Source: Sedimentisphaerales bacterium
Lineage (GTDB): Bacteria > Planctomycetota > Phycisphaerae > Sedimentisphaerales > SM23-30
Direction: 5' to 3'
DNA length: 64,000 nt
NCBI GenBank assembly: GCA_963663805.2
Contig: CAXXMR010000013.1
Coordinates: 352,001 to 416,000 of the forward strand
Shown here: one piece after another, positions 40,549 through 50,800 of the stretch
How positions within the stretch are numbered: position 1 is the stretch's first letter
Layout of the letters: each line of letters starts with the position of its first letter
Notes under the pieces: generated by a model
Database searches by the model: none
Told to the model about the DNA's origin: nothing
Seen by the model: the letters and a program-made list of their open reading frames with translations, nothing else
Program-made: the position numbers and the translations under genes

Positions 40549-41592
40549 ATGAAAGTTGCTCAGATAATCGATACTAACCTGAACGCGCCCGGCGGCGTGG
40601 AGAAACACATCCTGCGTCTGTCCGAATCCCTGCGTCGGCTCGGCCCGGAGGTCGATGTCTTTGGCCGGGAATCCCAAAGCGGCTCGGAAAATTACCTCGA
40701 CCTGAAAAACTTCCAGCCCCAAAGCTACGACATCATCCACACCCACAGCGACTTCATCTCCCGCGAGATGCTCCGCGGCGTATTCAAACGCCCCCATAAT
40801 CAAAAAAGAGTTCACACCCTACACGGCCTGGGCCTGACTTACCTCTTCGCCTGCAAAACCTGGCTCAACTATCGCTGCTACACCTCCATGCTCGTAAACC
40901 GATTCTGGTCCCAACGCGCCGACGCCGTCATCACCGTCAGCAGCGAAATGGCCCAACAAGCCCAACGCTGGTTCGGCATCAGCCCCGAAAAAATCAATGT
41001 CGTTGCCAACGGCTATACTCCCCTGCCCTCCAACGCTGTTTCACGCGAACAAACCCGTCAGCGTTTCAGCCTCGCCGCCGACCATCTCGTCCTGCTCTTT
41101 GTCGGCCGCGGACTCGACCGCGTCAAAGGCAGTCAAACTATCCAGAAGGCCCTTGACCAACTGTACCCCAACTTCCCCCACCTGCGTCTGCTCGCTGCCC
41201 CCGGCGACGGGTTCGACCCCCGCCCCTGGCTCATACCCACCGGCCTGCTGAACCACAGCGAAGTCTATCAGTGCTATCTCGCCGCCGACATCTTCGTCAA
41301 CGCTTCGCTCACCGAAGGTATGCCCCTGACCCTGCTCGACGCCCTCGCCGCCGGCTTAGCTATCGTCGCCGCACCCGTCGGCGGCATCGCCGAAACCATC
41401 CAACCCAATCAGACCGGCCTGCTGCTCAACCCTCAGCGTTCCAATCTCGCCGAACAAATCAAACTCCTCATCGAAAACCCAACCCTCCGCCAAAGTCTCG
41501 CCAGCGAAGCCAAAAAACTTTCAGCAAAATTCACCTGGGAAAATACCGCCCAAAACACCTTGAAAATCTACCAAAAAGCTAAAAAAAGCTAA
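40549..41592 (+). CDS. Glycosyltransferase family 4
   Basis: GGVEKH, DIIHTH, HTLHG, FVGR...KG, EGMPLTLLDALAAG. Confidence 0.92.
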   Translation: MKVAQIIDTNLNAPGGVEKHILRLSESLRRLGPEVDVFGRESQSGSENYLDLKNFQPQSYDIIHTHSDFISREMLRGVFKRPHNQKRVHTLHGLGLTYLFACKTWLNYRCYTSMLVNRFWSQRADAVITVSSEMAQQAQRWFGISPEKINVVANGYTPLPSNAVSREQTRQRFSLAADHLVLLFVGRGLDRVKGSQTIQKALDQLYPNFPHLRLLAAPGDGFDPRPWLIPTGLLNHSEVYQCYLAADIFVNASLTEGMPLTLLDALAAGLAIVAAPVGGIAETIQPNQTGLLLNPQRSNLAEQIKLLIENPTLRQSLASEAKKLSAKFTWENTAQNTLKIYQKAKKS

Positions 41593-41667
41593 AAAAACTC
41601 AAAAAAAACGTCAAAAAACGGCCTCTTTAGTCAGAAATGCGCTCAGTTGGAAGCCGATTTTTTTATT

Positions 41668-41717
41668 GCAAACGATTGCGAAAACTGCTTGACTCACACC
41701 CCTAAATTAATTATAAG
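41668..41717 (+). promoter_or_regulatory. LacI-type operator and sigma70 promoter of the DHDPS-family gene
   Basis: GCAAACGATTGC (41668-41679), then TTGACT-N17-TATAAG. Confidence 0.6.
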
Positions 41718-41784
41718 TAGATAAGTACGGCAAATAAGGTTTACAGCCGACATTATATGTAGATACCCGGAAAGGAAATCAGAA

Positions 41785-42684
41785 GTGTTACAAGGCATTA
41801 TCCCACCGATGGTTACGCCACTGCTAGAGCAGGACAAACTCGACGTTGACGGTCTCGAAAGACTTATTGAACACATCCTCGCCGGCGGAGTACACGGCCT
41901 CTTCATTCTCGGTACTACCGGAGAAGCACCCAGCCTAAGCTATAAACTCCGTAAAGAACTAATCTTACGGACAAACAAGCTGGTCCGCAACCGAGTCCCC
42001 GTGCTCGTAGGAATCACCGACTCAGCCTTCAACGAATCCATAAACCTCGCCAAGTTCGCCGCCGACAACGGTTCCCACGCTGTGGTCCTCGCTCCCCCTT
42101 ACTATTTCCCCGCCGGCCAAGCCGAACTCCTCGAATATGTCCAGCATCTCGCGCCACAACTGCCTTTGCCGCTATACCTTTACAACATGCCAGGCATGAC
42201 CAAAATCACCTTCGAGGCCGACACTGTTCGCCAGATGGCGGATATTCCCGGCGTTGTCGGACTCAAAGACAGCTCCTGCAATATGATTTATTTCCACCTG
42301 CTCCGTCGCACACTCAGAGACCTCCCCGAATTTTCGTTACTCGTTGGCCCGGAAGAACTTCTGGCTGAAAGCGTCCTGCTGGGCGGACAAGGCGGTGTCA
42401 ACGGCGGGGCGAATCTGTTCCCCCAGCTTTATGTCGATTTGTACAACGCCGCCGTCGAAAAAGATTACCCCACAATCAACTCGCTGCATGAAAACGTAAT
42501 TGAAGTAGCCGCAACGCTTTACCAGGTAGGCCAACACGGTTCGAGTATGATTAAAGGCCTCAAATGCGCTTTGGACTGCCAGGGAATTTGCAGCGATTTC
42601 GTCTCGGAACCGTTCCATCGCTTCCGCGGACCGGAACGCAAAAAAATCCAGGCGGGCCTGCAAGACATCCTGGCTAAATTATAA
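41785..42684 (+). CDS. Dihydrodipicolinate synthase/N-acetylneuraminate lyase-family aldolase
   Basis: GIIPP.VTP, LGTTGEA, PPYY, LYNMP, GLKDSS. Confidence 0.92.
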   Translation: MLQGIIPPMVTPLLEQDKLDVDGLERLIEHILAGGVHGLFILGTTGEAPSLSYKLRKELILRTNKLVRNRVPVLVGITDSAFNESINLAKFAADNGSHAVVLAPPYYFPAGQAELLEYVQHLAPQLPLPLYLYNMPGMTKITFEADTVRQMADIPGVVGLKDSSCNMIYFHLLRRTLRDLPEFSLLVGPEELLAESVLLGGQGGVNGGANLFPQLYVDLYNAAVEKDYPTINSLHENVIEVAATLYQVGQHGSSMIKGLKCALDCQGICSDFVSEPFHRFRGPERKKIQAGLQDILAKL

Positions 42685-42724
42685 ACTTTTGCAAAATAAT
42701 AAGATATAACAAACCCGAAGGCCG

Positions 42725-44101
42725 TTACTTCATCGGGTCGGCTTCCAGCTTGTAATACTTCATCTTCTTGTAAAGTGTCGTGCGATTGACACCCAGAGCA
42801 TCAGCGGTTACCTGGCGATTCCAGTTGTGATAACGCAGGGCGGCATCGATAATGCGTTTTTCAGGCTCTTCCAACGCCTCGCGTAAACTCATTATCTTAT
42901 TGGAGATAGGTTGAGAAGTATCTACCTGACTAACGACATTGGTCGGCAAATCAGCTGGCTCGATAAGCGCCGAACGACCCAGCAGGACCGCCCGTTCTAT
43001 CACGTTTTCCAGTTCCCGGACATTGCCCGGCCAGGCGTAGGCCTCAAGGTAACGCATGGCATCCTCGCTGAAACCGCTCTTGTCCTTGCCATGCGCAGCA
43101 CACATATTACGCAAAAACCGTTCAGCCAGAACCGGGACATCCGTAACACGCTCAGCCAGGTTAGGAAGTTCGACGTGGACAACGTTTACGCGATAGTATA
43201 AATCCTCCCGAAAACGACCCTGACGCACCTCATCCTGCAAATCACGATTCGTCGCCAGAACAACCCGAACATCGACGGTTCGAGTTTCGTTGCTGCCGAC
43301 AGGTTCAAATTGCCGCTCCTGTAAAACTCGCAGCAGTTTCATTTGAAAACTCAAAGGCGCCGAATTAATTTCGTCGAGGAAAATCGTGCCCCCGTCGGCA
43401 GCCATAAAGCGGCCTTCTTTGTCATTTACCGCACCGGTAAACGAACCACGCACATGGCCGAAAAGTTCACTTTCCAGCAATGTCTCAGGCAGAGCGCCGC
43501 AACTTATTTCCACGAAAGGTTTATCGCGACGGTCGGAACGATGATGCAGGGCCCGGGCGATAAGACTTTTTCCTGTCCCGCTTTTACCGCTGATAAGAAC
43601 AGTGGCTTTGCTTTCGGCGACAGCTTCTATGAGTTCAAAGACCTTGAGCATTTTGTAATCATGGCCAACGACGTTTTCCAGACCGTACTGACTGCGCAAC
43701 TGGTTTTTGAGATTGCGGTTTTCCTGTAATAGAGCCTGCTGCTCGACGGCACGTTTGACAACCATACGGATTTCGTCATCGACGATAGGTTTGGTGAGAT
43801 AATCGTAAGCGCCCATCTTGATGGCCTCAACGGCGCTTTCGATAGTGCCGTAGCCGGTAATGACAATAGTAACCACTTCGGGATAACGCTTGCGCACTAC
43901 ACGCAGCAGTTCAAAGCCATCGGCTTCGGGCATATTCACGTCGGTAACGATAATATTAAACGCACGCTTTTCCTGCTCGACCAACGCTTCGTTAAAACTG
44001 CCCGCGCCTTCAGCCTGATAGCCTTCCAGCCGTAACAATTCACATAAACTTTCTCTGATGATCGCGTCGTCATCAACTATCAATATCCGCGTTGCCGCCA
44101 T
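42725..44101 (-). CDS. Sigma-54-dependent response regulator (NtrC family)
   Basis: REC domain; [45 protein letters not shown]; Fis-type HTH. Confidence 0.96.
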   Translation of the reverse strand: MAATRILIVDDDAIIRESLCELLRLEGYQAEGAGSFNEALVEQEKRAFNIIVTDVNMPEADGFELLRVVRKRYPEVVTIVITGYGTIESAVEAIKMGAYDYLTKPIVDDEIRMVVKRAVEQQALLQENRNLKNQLRSQYGLENVVGHDYKMLKVFELIEAVAESKATVLISGKSGTGKSLIARALHHRSDRRDKPFVEISCGALPETLLESELFGHVRGSFTGAVNDKEGRFMAADGGTIFLDEINSAPLSFQMKLLRVLQERQFEPVGSNETRTVDVRVVLATNRDLQDEVRQGRFREDLYYRVNVVHVELPNLAERVTDVPVLAERFLRNMCAAHGKDKSGFSEDAMRYLEAYAWPGNVRELENVIERAVLLGRSALIEPADLPTNVVSQVDTSQPISNKIMSLREALEEPEKRIIDAALRYHNWNRQVTADALGVNRTTLYKKMKYYKLEADPMK

Positions 44102-44153
44102 TATTCACCTCAAAAACTTTTTTTACCCAACCAGCAACTCATTAACAACAACT

Positions 44154-44336
44154 TCAGAGCAGCCTACGCAGGCAATTACATAAAACTTCGAGTTTTGTCT
44201 CAACCACATTCCAAACAGTCTCTGGATTCAAGCTGTCATAGCCATGTACCAAAACATGACGAAATCCGATTAACACATGATATTCCCGGCACAATTCATG
44301 CAAAGCATTTTCATAATTATTAAGTGGAAAAACCAT
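44154..44336 (-). CDS. Truncated HepT/DUF86-like HEPN ribonuclease fragment (60 aa)
   Basis: IGFRHVLVHGYDSLNPETVWNVVETKL matches the DUF86 C-terminus with Rx4H; GAGG RBS overlaps the kinase stop. Confidence 0.65.
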   Translation of the reverse strand: MVFPLNNYENALHELCREYHVLIGFRHVLVHGYDSLNPETVWNVVETKLEVLCNCLRRLL

Positions 44337-44346
44337 TGTTCTACCT

Positions 44347-45438
44347 CTAAACTCGTGCCCAACTCGTTCGCTCCAAAGGAATGCTTACGGTAAAGAGAGC
44401 GCCGCCTTCGTCGTGGTTCTGGGCCTTTATCTTGCCGCCGCAACGTTCCATGATATCCAGGCAGATTGCCAGTCCCAGGCCCGTGCCTTTGCCTTTGGCC
44501 TTGGTGGTGAAAAACGCTTCAAAAATCTTTTCCATAACCTCTTCACTCAGGCCGGGACCGGTATCGGCAAACTCTATCAGGGCATTACGCTCGTCATAAT
44601 AAGTCCGCACAGTCAGCACTCCGCCACGGCCCTGTTCTTCCATAGCATCGACGGCATTTTTGATAAGATTGCAGAATACCTGAAAAAGATTGCCTGTGCG
44701 AACATTAGGCATCTTCTCGCCAAACTCTCGCTGAATCCTTACGCCAGCTCTTTCGGCACCAACCGACATAGCCTTGATAGCATCCTCAACGAGCTTATTT
44801 ATATCCGCTTCCTCAAAAGCCGTGTGAGTGCTGCGGGAAAAATCCAGTAGTTCACTGACAATCTGGACCATCCGCAAAAGCCCTTTACGAGACTCCTGAA
44901 GATAATGCACGGCCCGTTCTTCGTTATTATTTTCGGCGACACGCTGGGCCAGACCGATATATCGCAAAATTCCGTCGAGCGGATTATTAAGTTCATGGGC
45001 CACACGGGCGGCCAACTTGCCAACGGCAGCCAGCCTTTCCGCGCCAGCCAACTCATCTGCCATTGAAACCTTAACGGTCTCATCTTCGATAATCAAAATC
45101 CCCCCGATAAGCTCTCCGCTCTCTTCGTCACCCAAGGCCGAAATGGTCAAATCCAGAACACTGTCTCGGCCATCCAGAGCATAAGCGATATTGCCGAACC
45201 CCTGGGACTCGCCCACAGTCAGGGCCGAGCGTAAAAACACGCCCCAGCCTTCGGGACGCTGATGCGGACTGCCCGCCCGAAGGACATCCGCCAGATTGTC
45301 ACCCGCAGCCAGCAGTTCTTCCGCGGCGGGATTGCGATCTTTAATCGTCAGATTTTCATCGAAAACCACCAAACCCAAAGGCATGGAATCTATCAGCTTC
45401 CGACTTATTCGCCCAAAATTTAGTGCGTGCTCAGCCAT
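44347..45438 (-). CDS. PAS-domain sensor histidine kinase
   Basis: VAHELNNPL, QVFCNLIKNA.DAM, DTGPG, FFTTK..GTGLGL. Confidence 0.95.
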   Translation of the reverse strand: MAEHALNFGRISRKLIDSMPLGLVVFDENLTIKDRNPAAEELLAAGDNLADVLRAGSPHQRPEGWGVFLRSALTVGESQGFGNIAYALDGRDSVLDLTISALGDEESGELIGGILIIEDETVKVSMADELAGAERLAAVGKLAARVAHELNNPLDGILRYIGLAQRVAENNNEERAVHYLQESRKGLLRMVQIVSELLDFSRSTHTAFEEADINKLVEDAIKAMSVGAERAGVRIQREFGEKMPNVRTGNLFQVFCNLIKNAVDAMEEQGRGGVLTVRTYYDERNALIEFADTGPGLSEEVMEKIFEAFFTTKAKGKGTGLGLAICLDIMERCGGKIKAQNHDEGGALFTVSIPLERTSWARV

Positions 45439-45638
45439 GCAATGGCCTCTTTTTCACATTAGCGCTGCCGGCGATAAATTACCGGACACATCATAATTAC
45501 AATATTAAATCGGCCTGGTCAATGCCAATGTTTATTTTTCGCAACGAAAAACAGCCCCAGAAGCGGTAAAAAGACAACGTCGACCGATAATGTCAGCTTT
45601 TACAGTCCCAAACGTTGTCCAGAGACAACATTTTTGAT

Positions 45639-45676
45639 AAAAAAAAGGCCCGGAACGAAAAAAACGTTCTGGGCCT
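45639..45676 (-). terminator. Intrinsic terminator
   Basis: AGGCCCGGAACG/CGTTCTGGGCCT stem with a U8 tail. Confidence 0.8.
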
Positions 45677-45698
45677 GCCTTGCTGAGATCGCAAAAGA

Positions 45699-46400
45699 GA
45701 TTTGACCCCTTTTTCTGATTAGTTCAAATCGTTGTTTTTCCAGTATTTCGTACCGGTAACGGTCGCCTGGAGCGAAACGCCGTTTTCGGTGAACTGATAG
45801 ATTTCCATGCCGCTGGTGACATCTTCGGCACCGCCCACCGCGCCGCCTTTTTCGCCGGCCTTGGCAGCGGCGTCAGCCTGAGCCCCAAATTCCCAGCCTT
45901 TATCCACAAATTTCGCAAGTGTCTCGGCATCCTTGAAAATGATTACTGCCCGTAAATCCTTAACACCGGCACCGAATCCGACTCCGCCCATCCCCATTTT
46001 CATGAAAACCTCATTGCCGTTGGAATTATCCACGACCACACCATAGCCGCCGCCGACACCGACAAAAATCACATTTACGTTGACATTACTAAACACGCCA
46101 TAACCAGCGGCCTTGCGAACCTTATCCTTGGAGATTGGTTCAAGTTTGTACAAATCAGCCAGCGTCGTGTCACGCATCTTGAGAATCTCGGTACGCTGTT
46201 GGGCAACCGTACCCTTGGGCCCACCGCAACCAACAAACAACATGGCAATCAGCAATAAAACTACTACATTCAAAGCCTTCATAGTTATCTCCTTGAACAC
46301 AAAACGGCTTTTCCCAAAAACATTCTATGTATGATAGCCGAGTCGGACCCTACCGTCCACATTCAAAATCCCTTATGCCTCATGGAAAAGGGGTCAAATC
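45699..46400. other. 702-bp segment bounded by a perfect 15-bp inverted repeat
   Basis: GATTTGACCCCTTTT (45699-45713) and AAAAGGGGTCAAATC (46386-46400). Confidence 0.7.
45719..46282 (-). CDS. YSC84/SYLF lipid-binding domain lipoprotein
   Basis: Lipobox FVGC; AAGYGVF..GGGYGVV..GWEFGAQADAAAK..IYQFT..G..LQATV.GTKYW. Confidence 0.88.
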   Translation of the reverse strand: MKALNVVVLLLIAMLFVGCGGPKGTVAQQRTEILKMRDTTLADLYKLEPISKDKVRKAAGYGVFSNVNVNVIFVGVGGGYGVVVDNSNGNEVFMKMGMGGVGFGAGVKDLRAVIIFKDAETLAKFVDKGWEFGAQADAAAKAGEKGGAVGGAEDVTSGMEIYQFTENGVSLQATVTGTKYWKNNDLN

Positions 46401-46409
46401 ACTTTTTTT

Positions 46410-46503
46410 CTTGTTTGAAAATAAAAACACCCCCTGCCCAAGGCAGCACCTCGCCGTGTCGCCGTTCACTCTTGCCTCATCCATCTTGCCTCTTGCCTTC
46501 TTC
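46410..46503 (-). repeat. Modular intergenic repeat, copy 6 (reverse)
   Basis: Reverse complement of 46410-46457 matches ~755-801 with one mismatch; an AGGCAAG run follows. Confidence 0.85.
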
Positions 46504-46645
46504 CAGAGCTGGCCGCCGCCCCCAGGCGCAAAAATTGAGCCCCAGGCGCAAGTGGCTACTCTAGCTTGTCTCGGATTATTCGAGCAGCCGGCCTGACCTG
46601 TGGGCTCGAGGCGCAAAATTAATATGTGGAGTATGCACTCCCACT
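46500..46645 (-). ncRNA. Candidate rod-shaped structured RNA (6S-like?)
   Basis: Nested stems TCGAGCCC/GGGCTCAA, CAGG/CCTG, GGCTGCTC/GAGTAGCC flanked by AU-rich stretches; outer stem weak. Confidence 0.3.
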
Positions 46646-47015
46646 AAGAATAATGTCTGAAACGCCGCTTTGGTCCCAGAAAAAAACTTACCCACCCCCA
46701 AAAAGTCCGAAAATCGCTCTCTGGGCGCAAAAAAAAGCCCTCGGGTGCAAAGTTTTGGATACCTGGTCTGTTCATGTCAGGCTCAAAACGGTATTGCTTA
46801 CCGTGGGGCTTGAGGCGCTACTTAAATCTTATTCACTTTTTCAACCGTACTCGCCGGTTCTGCTTACATATGGCCGTTCCAGGAAATTTGTCCCAAAAAA
46901 AACGAGAAAAATTAAAAAACTTTTTAAAACGCGTTTTTTTGCTAAAAAATCGGTAAAAACCAGTCAGAATTCACCTTTTCTTGCATATTCGCGCTCTTTA
47001 TGCTACCTTTCCGCC

Positions 47016-47762
47016 ATGCGAATTAACGCCGTTATTTTCGATTTGGGAGAAACCCTGTTCAATTATGGCAGGGCCAATGTCAACGCCTGCTTCCGGCGGG
47101 GGGCTCGGTTGGCCTACGAATATCTGGAGTCTCTGGCGGGCCCAGAGCAAAAAATGTGCAGTTTTGACCATTATTTCACGGTTCATTTCCTCTATATAAG
47201 GTTTCTGTATATCTGGTCGATGGTGGTAGGGCGGGAATTTGACTGTTTGGCCCTGCTCAATCGCAGAATTCAGCCTATGGGCTTCAATCTCACTCCTGAC
47301 CAGCTCGAAGAACTAGCCTGTCTCTGGTACGATGTACTGGGTCAACAGGCTCAGCTCGAGGATAATCTACACCGGACCCTGGAAGAATTACAGAAAATGG
47401 GCGTTCAAACCGCAATTTTATCCAATACCTTTTTACCGGGCATTGCCCTGGACCGCCATCTTAGTCGTTTCGGTTTGATGGAGTTTTTTCCGGTTCGCGT
47501 TTATTCTTCCGATACCATTATCCGCAAGCCCAATCGTCGTATCTATCTTGAGTGTTTGAAACAACTTAACGTCGAGCCCGCTCAGGCGATTATGGTGGGC
47601 GATCGGTTGCGTGAGGATGTGCGTGGGCCGGGCCGGGTCGGGATTCGCGGGATTTTCAAACGAGGCATTGTCAATGCCCGCAAACATGTCCCCGCGGATG
47701 TGCCGGTTATTGACCGAATCGCCCAGTTGCCCGAATGGATAAAAAATAATTACGATAATTAA
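47016..47762 (+). CDS. HAD-superfamily hydrolase
   Basis: VIFDLGETL, ILSNT, RKP, MVGD...D. True start is ATG 47016, not 46626. Confidence 0.9.
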   Translation: MRINAVIFDLGETLFNYGRANVNACFRRGARLAYEYLESLAGPEQKMCSFDHYFTVHFLYIRFLYIWSMVVGREFDCLALLNRRIQPMGFNLTPDQLEELACLWYDVLGQQAQLEDNLHRTLEELQKMGVQTAILSNTFLPGIALDRHLSRFGLMEFFPVRVYSSDTIIRKPNRRIYLECLKQLNVEPAQAIMVGDRLREDVRGPGRVGIRGIFKRGIVNARKHVPADVPVIDRIAQLPEWIKNNYDN

Positions 47763-47805
47763 CTGTAACTAAATACTATAAAATAACTTAACGGATTGAC
47801 CAAGA

Positions 47806-50800
47806 ATGGCGGCAGGGAAGTTGCGATTTTTACTTGGACGCAGCGGCAGCGGCAAGACGCATTATTGCATCGAATCCCTGCGTCAACAACTGATTGACAG
47901 CCCGGTCGGCCCGAATTTAATCCTTCTGGTTCCCGAACAAGCTACTTTCCAGATGGAACAGGCCCTCCTAATCGACGACCAATTAAAAGGTTACAATCGG
48001 GCCCGCGTAACCAGCTTCGGTCGGCTGGCCCAGCAGATTCTCCTCGAAACCGCACCACCAACCCTGCCCATCCTTACCGAAAACGGCAAAAGAATGATAC
48101 TCCGCCGCCTGCTCCAGCAGCGTATCGATGAGTTACGAATTTTCAATCGGGCAGCCCTGAAAAGCGGTTTCATCGCCCGCCTTTCCAAAATGCTCAGCGA
48201 GCTTAGACAGTACAGCCAAAGTCCCGAAACCCTGCGTGAGCAGTTGGCTCGTCTTAGCAGTGCCTCTGACGCCTCGCTGGAGCCTCTACGCAACAAACTT
48301 GCCGACCTGACCTTGATTTACGAAGATTACCGGGGCTGGGTCAGGGGGCGTTTTGTTGAGCCGGAAGATTTTCTCGACCTGATGGTCGAGCAGTGCAGCC
48401 GATGCGAATTTCTCAAAGGGTCGCATTTATGGATAGACGGTTTCGCCGGTTTTACCCCTCAGCAGTTCCGGGCCTTATTCGCACTGGCCGCGTCTGTAAG
48501 CGAAACTGAATTTTCCTTGTGTCTAAATCCCACCGCGCCGGCCTGTTACGCCATCGACGCTGACCCGCAATCCCTGACAAATTTAAGCGACATGGATTTA
48601 TTCCATCCCACTCTGGAAACCTACCAGAAACTTCGTCGCACCGCCGGTGCCCTTGGCGTCAGTATCGCCCAGCCTTTACTGTTCCCGCTGAACAAACAGA
48701 AAACGATGCCGCGTTTCGATGATTGCGAAATTCTCGCCCGGCTGGAGAGTAACCTCGCCGAAAACCGCATCGAACCAGCCCAGTCACTTACCGCGGATGT
48801 CGATATTGCCCCGCAAGGCGTGGCAATCGTAAAAGCCCCGGACCGACGTGTCGAAGTCGAAACTGTCGCCCGGCAGATTTTGCGTTTGTGTCGCCAGTAC
48901 AATTATCGTTTTCGTGACATCGCGGTCATTCTGCGTGATTTTAGTGAATATGAGGAATTGTTGCGGTCGTCATTCGCAGACCATGGTATCGCGTGCTTCG
49001 TGGACCAGCGTCGTTCGGTGCGTCATCATCCGCTTATCGAACTGCTGCGTTCGGCGTTATCGGTTCTGACCAGTGAATTTCAGACGGAGTATCTGCTGGA
49101 CTATCTGAAGACTGATCTGGCGAATCTTTCGCGGCAGGCGGTTGATGAGCTGGAAAATTACGCTCTGGCCCATGCCTTCACCGGCAGAGCCTGGCTGCAA
49201 ACCTGGCAATCGGCCCTGGGCGAAGATCAACCCGCTCCAGAGGAGGACACGGTTCAACCTCTGACCGCCGCTCAGCTCGATAATTATCGTACTCAGGCCG
49301 TCGAGCCGTTATTGAAAATGCGGGACGAAATCTACAACGGACCACCCGAACCAAACCGGCCAATTCCCGTGCGGCAAATCACTGCTGCACTGGTGAACCT
49401 GCTGGAGCGTCTGGAAGTGCCTCGAACGCTTTCTCAATGGTGTACACAGGCCGGGCGGCTCGGCCAACTCGACGCGGTTTTGACTCATCAGCAGGTTTAC
49501 AGCGATTTACTGGACATCTTCGACGATTTGGCTCAGACGCTAATCGACCAGCAGCTAACGCTGGAAGAATACAGTGAGATTCTTTCTTCGGTACTCGGTG
49601 AGATGACCCTGGCGTTGATTCCGCCGGCTTTGGACCAGGTGTTGGTCGGCACTATTGAGCGGTCACGTCATCCGCGTATTCGGGCGGCGTTCATCCTGGG
49701 TGTCAACGAAGGCAGTTTTCCCAAGGTCAGTTCGCCCGATTCGTTCCTGACCGACAGTCAGCGTGAATCACTGCTGGACGAAGGTTTCGAGCTGGGCCCG
49801 ACCAGCGTCCGCAAACTTCTGAACGAACGTTATCTTGCCTATATTGCCGTTACCCGTCCCCGCGAGTTTGTCTGGATAAGCTACCCCGCCGCCCGTGCCG
49901 ACGGAACAGCCCTGAAGCCTTCCTCGATGATTGACCATATTTACGATGCCGCCGGGGACGTACCGACCATCCATCTTGGCGGTGATATTGGTCAGGCGGA
50001 TATGCGCAGAATAACCAGCACCGCTCAGCTGGGCCGTGAGCTGGCCCTGGAGTTTTCCAGGGTTCACCCCGGCCAGCAGCCCGAACCGCTTTGGCGTGAA
50101 CTGGCCGCCGCGGCCTTGAATCATGCCGATTATCGCGAAACGATAAAACGCAGTCTCAGTGGCCTGACCTATAACAATCAAGCCGTTCTCACCCCGGAAA
50201 TTGTCCAGCGGATGTACCGCCATGAACTGACCGGCAGTGTTTCACGCCTGGAAACTTTCGCCGCCTGTCCCTTCAAACATTTCGCCTCCTATGCTTTGAA
50301 TTTACGCGAACGAGCCGAGCTCTCTCTGGCGGCACCGGATATGGGGGCGTTCTACCATGAAGCCCTGAAAGACATTTTTCTTACCCTCAAAAAACAAAAT
50401 CGCGGCTGGGCTGATTTGGATAATGACGAACTGGACCAGATTGTCGCTCAGACCACGGATTCTCTGGCCCGCAACCATACCCAAATTGCGGAACTGTTGA
50501 ATCTTTCCGCCCGCAGTAAAACGCTGATAAACTTCGCCGCTGAACACCTGAAACGCTTCTGCCGGGTATTGTGTAAACATGCCGGCGCCAGTGATTTTGT
50601 CCAGCGCTCAGCGGAAATCGCTTTTGGCCCGGAAACTCACGCCGGCGCTCTGGAATATGATTTGCCCGACGGCGGCAAGATATTACTGCGCGGCCGAATC
50701 GACCGGGTGGATTATTGCGATGAACGTGGCGGAATAATGGTTATCGACTATAAATCCAGCGGCGGCACTTTCCCCTTCGGCCATTTTTATTATGGCCTGA

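Noticed and set aside
46626..47015. N-terminal extension of the HAD hydrolase
   Set aside because: It runs through A-tract promoter DNA; HAD motif I begins right after ATG 47016.
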